From: Hyphochytrium catenoides
Lineage: Eukaryota; Protista; Hyphochytriomycota
Direction of reading: 5' to 3'
Assembly (NCBI GenBank): GCA_900088475.1
Contig: FLMG01000988.1
Location: 62,001 to 126,000, forward strand
DNA length: 64,000 nt
Below the pieces are notes generated by a model. That model had not been told where the DNA came from. It worked only from the letters and a program-made list of their open reading frames with translations, and ran no database searches. Positions 22,713 through 32,106 of this stretch are shown here, in pieces. Every line of letters starts with the position of its first letter. The first letter of the stretch is position 1. Position numbers and translations under genes: made by a program.

Positions 22713-24364
22713 TTACTGACCCTGGAGCTTAGCAAGGTCTGCCTGAACCTCAGCCTTCACTTTCTGAATGTCCGCCTCAATCTCGGCCTTCACATCTGCC
22801 AAAGCAAGCTTACGGTTTCCTTGAAGGACAGGTTGATCCTTAATTTTCGCTATATCAGCTTGAACCTCTGCTTCCGCAGCTGCTACTTCATCCTTCACCT
22901 TTTGAACATCGGCCTGAATCTCGGCTTTGATAGCGTCCAGAGCAGCCAGTCTTCTGTTACGTCTTTGACCCTTCAATTTGGCGATATCAGCTTGGACCTC
23001 GGCCTCGATCGCTGCTTCAGCTGCTGCCACCTCGTCCTTGACTTTCTGCACATCAGCCTGGATTTCAGCTTTGATGGCATCCAAGGCGGCCAACCTTCTG
23101 TTACGTCTTTGACCCTTCAGTTTGGCGATGTCAGCTTGGACTTCGGCTTCGATGGCCGCTTCAGCTGCCGCAACCTCGTCCTTGACCTTCTGCACATCTG
23201 CCTGGATTTCGGCTTTGATTGCATCAAGAGCAGCCAGATTTCTGCGACCACGAAGAGCGCGAGCCTTAGCCTGTTTCTGCTTTTTCTTCTTGGCTGCAGC
23301 GGTTGTGGGTGCGTTGGTCGGAGCAGCCGAAGTGATTGCAGCTTGGGCGGCCTGAACCTGCATCGCGGTGGCGAATCCAGCCGCCAGAGCAGGATCCATT
23401 GCAGGATTAATGGGTAGCGGGGTCGCTGAGGTGACGGGTTGCGCAGTGCCTGCTGCAGCTGTTGCGCCAGCAGTAGGGGTGGCTTGGGTCTGTGCGTTCT
23501 TTGCCTTCGCAGCTTTAGTGGTTGGCGTCGCTTGCGTCTTCGCGTTCTTTTTTGCCTTTGCAGCTTTGGTGGTCGGCGTGGCCTGCGTTTTAGCTGCTTT
23601 CTGCTTCTTCGCTGCCTGTTTGGCACCATTCTGGGCTGCAGCCCCGTTAGCTGCTGCTGCATTCCCCGCCCCTGCACCTCCAGCGGNNNNNNNNNNNNNN
23701 NNNNNNNNNNNNNNNNNNNNNNNNNTACCGTCGGAGCCACATTTGCAGCAGGAGCTGCAGCTGCCCCACCAGCAGGCATGAGCGTTACTTGCTGCAGGAT
23801 GGCATACGGAGTTCTCGTCGTTCCGACCGAGACGACGCAGGTGACGGTGACCGGTCCCACATCTTGCGCCGGAGCTGTCCATGTAAAGGTCGTTGGTGTT
23901 CCGGGTGTATTCTTAGTCGTGGCATCCGCCTGAGTTATTGTTGACTCAGGTGCGTCGTTGACGACATTGGCCGTGTTACAAGCGCCAGCACTCTGGGCTC
24001 GATATCCTTGGTCAATTGTGAACTGGCCAACGTGGTTGGGACGGTTGGTGTCCGCATTCGCATCCGCACCGAAATCGTGCGCAGCACCCTGCGCTACGTA
24101 CATGAGAACGCCTTGCCACTTGGAGTCACTGTTTATCATAATCTGCATTGCCTGGCCAGGGGTGTAGGTTGGGCTGGAAGTGGTGACGGTCATTCCCAGC
24201 GTAGCCGGATCAGTAGATCCCTGAACCTTGTGGCCTTTGGTAATGACTGGAGGATTCACAATGCACTTGGGAGCCCCATTAGGAAGCGCATTCGTCTCCC
24301 AGGTGCATGCAAGAGCAATGAAGGAAGCAATGAGAAGATTTGTGGACCTCATGGCTTGATTCAC
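22713..24364 (-). CDS. Secreted Reeler-domain precursor with an Ala/Lys/Thr-rich linker and C-terminal repeated amphipathic peptides delimited by R-x-L motifs; reading frame broken only across the N gap
   Basis: N-terminal frame: signal peptide (MRSTNLLIASFIALACTWETNA), then LPNGAPKC...H...TYTPGQ...WQGVLMYV...VGQF...C...ITQ...TFTWTAP..DVGPVT, a Reeler-like pattern. The C-terminal frame after the gap (22713-23686) has TQATPT repeats and four AEIQADVQKVK-type units. The frame switch lies within the 39-N gap. Confidence 0.85.
22716..23240 (-). repeat. Coding tandem repeat with a 144-bp (48-aa) period: two full copies plus two shorter derived units
   Basis: CTTCTGTTACGTCTTTGACC occurs at 22951 and 23095 (period 144). 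The unit is AALDAIKAEIQADVQKVKDEVAAAEAAIEAEVQADIAKLKGQRRNRRL. Confidence 0.95.
23687..23725. other. Assembly gap (39 N) inside the Reeler precursor gene
   Basis: Run of N in the sequence. Confidence 1.
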
Positions 24365-26566
24365 AATAGCGATGGCTGCTAGCCCTATTTGGCTCTTCCT
24401 GGGCCGGCGAGGGAGTGGTATAAGTGACAGAGAGTCCTAGGTCTTACTAAGATGGGATGGAGACTGTGGGTGTGTCTCCAGGTCCCTTTAAAGGTGCAGG
24501 CAGGCAAACCCAGACGAGGAAGGTCTAGTCTGGCTTTCCAAGTTGAGCTTCTGCTGGGTAAATGGAAATTCCAAGAATGAGAATGTGCAGGTGCGACGAG
24601 CTAGAAGACAGCCTCGTCAACAGAGGCCCAGGTCCTCTGAGCTCAGTAAGTGGCCCCGGCCCCCCTCTCCCCCCAACTCCTGTAAGGATGGCGGGATCAT
24701 CAGTGCCACTGTGGAGTTTAGTAGCACTGACTAAAGGGTTTACATTTATCTTGCCTACATTCAAAGCGAGATGCGTGCATTTCCATTGACTCCACATGAT
24801 GACGAATCCCTTCGCGTCCAACGTCACGTAGACTCTGCCAAGAGCAGAGCGTAAGAGAGGCAATGAGTCTCGTGGTCTTGAATGAAGCACAATCAGCCTA
24901 CCCTCACTTCCCGCCGGCGCCACTCTTGCGATAACACCAATCAGAGGAATTCATCATTGTAGAACTATCGGCATCATTCATGCACGCGGAAAGAGGCGTG
25001 AAGCTGTGTCACTGCGCCACCGAAGACCGAAGATGTTCTGATCGAGTTATTTACATCCGACAGGGGACTGTCTATCAGAAGCATAGCATGGCCAACAAGA
25101 AGTGTTGACTATGACGAAGTGATGGCCCCTTGCTAATAAGAATAAGAATAGGAAAGCTCCTACAGCACAATTCGTCGGCCGTCTATCAAATTTAGAACAA
25201 GAACTGGTAGTAGAACAACTGTGGGTTTCTTTTGACTAGGAGAGTTGCTTTTTTATACCTATAAACCGCTAAACCGTCCCGCTATTCTGTTTATGGTGTA
25301 ATCTAGCCCATCTGTAGTTGCATGGACTAAGATTTAGCAGCTTGTTTAGGTGACAAGGGCTACAGTGTCCCGTGCAAGGTGGTGTTGGTGCTCCAAATGA
25401 AGTTCTTCAAGCATCAAAAAAAGCTGGCTGGTATGCGGACGAACAGCGATTACATCAGCTCTTTCTCATCAGTCCAAAGCTGTCTCTTGCACCACAGCTC
25501 TTGTTCTTCCAATTCAGGGCGACTAAGAGGTCGTTGGTCTCATTTCCAGTGTTGACAAGCAATTGTTGTTGACTCCTCCAGTCATCGACATCATCTGCTT
25601 GGTGACCTTACTAATCCCTCTTGCTGCCTCTACAGCAGAGAGGAACAAGTTGGCCTTGATGTTTAGATGCTGTCTTTTCAATGCTTTCCTAACAAGTGGG
25701 CAGCTTCACCGCAGAACAGTATGCCTCAGTAGGAAAAGGCATAAGGTATGACGTTGGAGACCTTTCCTTTGTGACAGAAGACGCATCTGTCATCTCCTAG
25801 CTATGTAATGATTGGTGCTCTTCTGAGTTCGCTCTTTTTGAACTTACTTCTGTTCTTGCGCTAGCTACTCACCTCTCTAGACTGGCCAAAGGATGTTGTT
25901 ATGAAGATCCTTGATAGTGTGACAGTTTACTGCGTGCGACAGACATTTGTAGTCTTGCATGCAAAATAGGACATTGGTAGTGCAACAGCAAGAGTTTTGA
26001 CAGATATCGGTGGCGATCTAACATCATCACTCACAAACCCAACCTCAAGTGGTGTCTCCTAGCAACGTGAAGTGTTTCGTTGCAGCTTTTCCTGCAGGAA
26101 AGCGTAACAAGGGTGAAGAAGACGTCAATACGGTGATGTCGCCATTGGATGTATGATGCAACAAAACGCTCGGACCGATTGGGCATCTTGCTAATACACA
26201 GTGATTCCCGGCCGCCTCAAAAGAGTTCCAGAGGCGATGGATCGTTACTATGTGCAAAATACCGAGTACCACGGTATCTGTACTCGCTATAGCTCTGGTC
26301 CATAGGCCCACACTATCCGCGATCGGTCATTACTTTCTGCTGCCGTCGCGCAGTCTCTGTCCTCCACTGCCATCGTGACCAGATTGTATCGAGGAGACGC
26401 AAGAGAGTTGCTTCTTTGGGCCCAACCAAGTGAAAGGCTCAGCCTTCCATCAGCCACGCCGCGCAAGAAAGGCAGGCATACCAGCATCGTGTCGCGACGT
26501 TGGATAGAGCTGATGCCACATTAGCGGAAAGCAACACTGATAGTGCTATGCTAGTTGTGCAATAAG

Positions 26567-26723
26567 CATTAGTGGCATTATGTAATGAGAAAGGACTATT
26601 GACTTGTGCGCTTCTTCCTCCACGCGGTGAGAAGAGGGAACGCTGACATTAGCCATTATGTAATGAGAAAGACTATTGACTCGTGCGCTTCTTCCTCCGC
26701 GCGGTGAGAAGAGGGAACGCTGA
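26567..26723. repeat. Two-copy tandem repeat of ~78 bp (26567-26646, 26647-26723), non-coding
   Basis: CATTATGTAATGAGAAAG(G)ACTATTGACT(T/C)GTGCGCTTCTTCCTCC(A/G)CGCGGTGAGAAGAGGGAACGCTGA occurs twice with only a few substitutions/indels. Confidence 0.92.
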
Positions 26724-28107
26724 TGAGCGTACGTATGGCTGTTACTCCTGCACACTTGACATCAGCCCTCAAGTTCGAGTAGGGCTATTTTGCATAGTCC
26801 TTACGTAAGTGAGCAGAAGCATAAGAGAGAAGAATCGCTAAGGAAGATGCTGAACAATAGAACTGTAACTATTCGACGCGACTTCTTTATATGTTCACGT
26901 GAGGTATTGACACCATAGAAAACTGATAAAGACAGCCAGTGCGGTGCTAGTACCAAGGTAAATAGTAAAGCGTGTGTCCCTTTCTTCTCATGTTGTCTTC
27001 TATAAAAAGCAACCACCCCTTCCCCCGCCCCTAAAGTAGGAGAAAGGTTTATATGTCAACGAACAGCTTATCTAGTGAGGAGACCTCCGATGTAAGGTAG
27101 TGATGTGCTGTTATTTACTATGCATGGGCAATTCCATGTACGAAGCCGCCACGATAGGGTTCAAGACTTCCAAGCAAGTGCGGCAGCGACAAGAAGGATA
27201 GGGACCAGTACCATCCCGCGCGAGCCCACGACGAGTCGCCTACTGTACTAGGGTTAGGTGGCTTTGGAGCTTCCTAACTCAATGGACAGTATACAGAAGA
27301 GTAATTGATCTGCGTCAGATAACAAGGCGCAAACGATCTTTGATCGGTTCCGTTGGATTGTCGGTACAAGAATCAAGGTGTTGACGCCGAATCTCCCAGA
27401 GTAGCAGCAAGGCAGGGCAGCAGTTCAAGGCAAAATATAGTACTATCGACGGACTCGTACTTATAGGAAAGTACTCGTGCCACTAACCACCAATACATGC
27501 AGAGAGATTGTGGACAGCTCCCGGAAGATCGCGCGCTTGAATGAGATTGCTTGAAAGAAGTAACTATTCCGCTTCTCTTGAGGAGGATGGAATTCACGGT
27601 GCATGTGATCATGGCGGCGATACACAGTACTAGCCTGACCAGAGACTCAACTGAATCGAAGCTCATGTTGGCTAGCCTTGGACTTCCCTTGTCTTCACAG
27701 CCTCGCCCACGCATTGTGCAAGTGGTAGAACAGGAAGCTGTACATGAAGTCACCAGACAGCTCTTGCCGTTCCTGACACCCGTTCTGAGCAACTCCTGCT
27801 TTCTCTTTGCCTATTTGGCTGGCAGCTCGTATAGAACTCTATATCAGCACTCTAGGTTTAGCTAGTCGTTTGCGGTCACCTTTGTGAGCATTCTGAAGAT
27901 TTCTGAAAGTGCAACATTGATTTACAGGGTTGATAAACGTGAATGCATCCAAGCTTTTCTGCAAGCGTTTTTTACGAATTGAATATCCATTAGAGCTCCA
28001 AAGAGGTTGCTGAGATTGGAAGCACTGTGCGGTAGCACTATAACAAAGCTGAATCATCCGTCTCTGGCAGAGGTGAAGCAACTGTTCGTCTATTGAGCAG
28101 CCTGGAG

Positions 28108-31100
28108 ATGGATAGCGCTAAGGACGAAGAGGTTCATCCTTCGATGGTCCTTTCTGAAGACAGCTCAACCTCTGATGATGAAAGCGTAGAAGAGGCCAAT
28201 AACAATTTGGCTGAAATAGCAGTCCTCCTCCAAGCCACACAGGGTAACCCCCGTGACTACGATGGGCATGTCAGGCTCATTGAGGCGCTGCGTTCACATG
28301 GAGATCTAGGTCTTGTACGAATAGCGAGGGAGGCGTTTCACGCCCAGTTTCCTCTTACGAAAGGTAACCCATACTTCTTTGTGCTCCATTCGCCGCGACA
28401 TCATTTAACCTTACAGTACATAGAGTTATGGTTTGAATGGATTGAGGACGAGCAGCGTGTCGCGCTTGGAAAGGACAATCTCGACGAGATTGCTTCTTTG
28501 TTTGAGCAAGCCATTCAGGACTATCCAGAAGTTGAAACGTGGCTGAAGTACATCGAGTTCTCCAAAAATCGTCTCCAGGAGGTATGGACTTGGAGAAACC
28601 TTCCAGCTACATAACCTAAGGTGTAAAATGCGTCTAGGACGAGGACACTGTTACCGCAGATGATGTCAGGGCTCTCTATGAAAGGGCAGTCAACTCTGTC
28701 GGGGCCTATCTAGTCCAAGGTCCGGACCTGTGGGCGTCATACCGAGGGTTCGAGANNNNNNNNNNNNNNNNNNNNNNNNNNNNNNNNNNNNNNNNNNNNN
28801 NNNNNNNCGCATCCGGGATCTCTACAAGCGGCAGTTATCTATTCCCTTTCCAAGCTACGACTCGGTAAGTCAATGAGCCATTCCCTAAGCAGATACGTCA
28901 ACTCATGTAGTACATACAGGTATTGGCGGAGTTTAACAATTGGAACGAGCATAATACTGTCGTGCCTAAGCACGATAAAGAAAAGATTATTACTTTTGTG
29001 AATACAAAGGCCAAGGAGCTACGCGAAGCTACTCAGGTCCCGCTCGTCGTTTGCAAACACTTCCTTATACAACAATAACCCCCCCATCACAGAGATGCAC
29101 CGCCTTCAAAGTCCAATTGGAAGCTTCCAAGGAGCTGAGTCAGACTGCGTCTTTATGGAGGGAATATCTCACCGAGGAAGCAAGACATAAGCCAGATCCC
29201 TCCAGACTATTTTGTTTGTATGAAGAGGCCTTGTGTAGGACGTGTTTAAGCATTGAGCTCTGGCGGGATTACGTAGAAGCGGTTCTCCAGACTGTAAACG
29301 ACTACAAATTTGCTGAGAGGATCCTAAGGAGAGCTCTGAGGTTTGCGGCTTTATTCACCTACTTATTAGCCAACCCTTCGCTAACATGCAGTCCGGACAG
29401 GAATACTCCATGGTCCGGCTCTCTTTGGGCAACAATGCTCCAATGCCGTGAAGTTGTTGGTGCAGAGCATGAAGAAATGCTTGCCCTGGTTGATGAAGCC
29501 CTTGGGCAAACTCTTCAAAGTGCGACGGATTACCTCGAGGTCCTCTTCGAGAATGTCTATCACCACCGTAGAAAAGCCATAAGGGATCTGGGCAGTGACG
29601 AGAATGAGCCTGACTTTCCTGAGAAAGTTAGGCTTCTCGAAGGCGCGATAGAGAAACTTTTCGCTTTTCTGGAGCAGTACTATCCAGAATGGACTGAGGC
29701 CTGGTAAGTAGTTCACAGTCCAAAGAGGTGTTAAGCAGGTCTTAGTTGGATACCACAGGTGTACGGCTTCGTTAATAGCAGCCCGTCTTGAGCTGGACGC
29801 GTGTGAGAATGAAGAAAGGTACTTGAAATACTCAGAAATTTTTCTGAAGCACGGCGGTCGCAGCTGGGAAAACTGGGTCAAAGTTATTCATATTGACAGA
29901 GGGAGACAAGACTGGAAGCGTTGCAGGTGTGAATTAATTTCTTGTTCGGGCTCATACTGGCCTGGTTTCTTTCTGGTCCGTCAATACACCTCAAAGTAGT
30001 CGCCGTAGTGCCCTTGACCCCTGGCCCACCTCTAGAGCTATTGGACAAAGCTTCATCCTTACTATATCAAGGCAAGCTGGACCTCGGTTTGCATTGACCC
30101 ATCCGGCTTGCTTTTCTCAGGAGCCTCTATAAACGAGCTGTCCAGGTAGTCACAGACTTCCCTGTGCAAATTGGTCTTGCATGGGTGCAGTTTGAGAGGG
30201 AGACTGGTAGTCTGGAGTCACTTCGTGAGGCAAAGAGACGGATAAGCGCTAGAGTATCGAATTTCGAGGATTATCTCAGCAGCTATGCCCTTACCAGCGC
30301 TCCTCAAGGAGAACAGCCAGGCTTAGGTCCTTTCGATCTGCCTCTTCTCTTTACACAGCATGTCTCGTAACCTTAACTTTTATTGTCAAACACTCCTCCT
30401 ACCTTGACAGCGACCAAGAAGTACGGAAAGCGAGGAAAGGACGACTTTGCTGACCAGCAGCATTCGAAGAAGCGGAAGCTGGAGCACGGTGGTGCTGAGA
30501 CGTCATATCCGAAGGAAAACACAGTGTTTGTACGGAATATAGCATTTGAATCGACCGATGAGGAGATCAGACAGCTGCTATCTCAGGTATACAGTCACTT
30601 ACTGGAAGTCTAAACCTAAGCACAAGCTGACGTGATGCTGTCGGCAGCGTGCTGAACCCGTGGATATTTCGCGAGTGCGAGGGATGGCTTTCGTCCAGTA
30701 TAAGTCTCAGGTTTGAACCTTTCGAACCTCTAGGACTGCTGCTTTGCCATTCCGTAACCCCTTACCGACCGTCTCTTTCTAGAAAGATGCTTTGGAGACA
30801 ACTAAGCTAAGTGGAACGGAACTTCACGGTCGAGAGATCACTATAGAACTTTACAAGAGCAAGCCTGAGGTCGGTCAGCGAGACAAAAAGCAGAACAGAA
30901 AGGGAAAAGAAGAAAAGAAAAGGTAAGACACTCGTGCAGCTTAAAGAAGTGGCTGATCACCTTCATGCTTGATTGAGCCAAGCCTGACCGACCTCGGGTT
31001 ACCATTGTTTGCTCTCAATAGTGCTCTTCAAGCAGATGCCGAACCAGTCCGGGAGGGAGGATGGAAAGTTCTTCCTACAACCATATATGTCGGTGGTCTG

Positions 31101-31896
31101 GCGGAAGGACTTTCCACTGAGGACTTAAAAAGTACATTTACTCATGTAAGCGACCGATTGAGCGGAGGGTAGCCCACGTGTCTAACTCCGTTGTGTCTTC
31201 CCGAAGATTGGAACAGTGGTAAACTGCGCCCTCGCGTACAATCCCAAAGGTAAATTTAAAGGATATGGCTTGCTGGAGTTTGAGGTTGAGGTAAGGCTAT
31301 ACGTGGGGAAGTAGATGCTAGACAATTCCCAGACCAAGTATTTGTCACGTTTGCAGGACGATGTCAACAGGGCAGTCGAGATGCACGGCCACAGCCCGAT
31401 AACGATTGCCGACTCTCCTGTGGTCATCAGGAGGTCTCGCTTCCCAGTATCATCTATTACTGGCCCAGTTCGAGCTGCATCGCAGCAGCTCTCAAGAGAT
31501 GAGGAGCTCAAGCACACAAAGCAAAATGACCGTGCCAACCAGAAGGTGAAGAACAAATACCTTGAGGGTAGTGCAGGCCAGAAGCAGGGAAATCGCCCGA
31601 CAGCAAAAACAGCCAGGTCAGTTTTGTACTATGTGATATGCCGCCCGCCATCTTATCCTCATTTCTCTGCCGGTGTGACGCTTCCGGCGTCAAAACTACA
31701 CAGTCATCGCCACACACAGCTCTCGCTAGTTCCCCAGTCAGTGGCCCGTAAGGCTGCAGGCGGGAAGAAGACGAACAAAAATGCGGGGCCAACCGTAAAG
31801 ACATCCCCCACACTGCAGATGGCCTCGGGCGGCAGCAGTGCAAGTATTGAAGGAAGAAAGACAAACGAGGAATTTCGACAAATGCTAGGACTATAA
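28108..31896 (+). CDS. SART3: SART3/Prp24 U4/U6 snRNP recycling factor (HAT repeats, RRMs, C-terminal Lsm-interaction motif), multi-exon
   Basis: HAT-type exons (NPRDYDGHVRLIEALR..., LWFEWIEDE, RLFCLYEEAL, LRRALRNTPWSGSLW, AWVQFERETGSLE), RRMs (NTVFVRNIAF, TTIYVGGL, KFKGYGLLEF) and the terminal KTNEEFRQML motif. Confidence 0.92.
28756..28807. other. Assembly gap (52 N) within SART3
   Basis: Run of N in the sequence. Confidence 1.
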
Positions 31897-32106
31897 GACC
31901 TTTTGCTGGTTATTACATTGAAAGGCCAACCTAACCCGGTTCTATGGAAACAGTGGTCTTTAAATAGGCAGGATGAAAGTTCATTGTATAGGGCGGGACA
32001 CTAAATTTCCCTCCGACTCTGAGGTGTACCCATCCCTCCTTAGTCTCATTGAGAACGGCTTGGGCGCGATACGCCTCTCCTTCTTCCTAAGCAGTGCAGG
32101 AGCAGA

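Noticed and set aside
23245-23270. RALR as an oomycete RxLR effector motif
   Set aside because: It lies hundreds of residues from the signal peptide with no dEER motif, and is better read as part of a basic processing spacer.
23687-23725. Programmed frameshift or pseudogenisation in the Reeler precursor
   Set aside because: The frame change falls inside an N gap of estimated length, so a wrong gap size or a hidden intron is the simpler explanation.
14999-24364. ATP-grasp ligase plus repeated-core precursor as a graspetide-type RiPP cluster
   Set aside because: The ligase resembles free amino-acid ligases rather than RimK-like graspetide synthetases and has no signal peptide, whereas the precursor enters the secretory pathway. 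The repeats also lack Thr/Ser-containing graspetide core motifs. Proximity alone is insufficient.
22951-26723. CRISPR-like arrays from the 144-bp and 78-bp repeats
   Set aside because: There are no unique spacers and no cas genes, the context is eukaryotic, and the 144-bp repeat is protein-coding.
24500-28081. Short ORFs between the Reeler gene and SART3 as genes or a transposon
   Set aside because: I found no recognisable motifs, consistent exon chain or terminal repeats.
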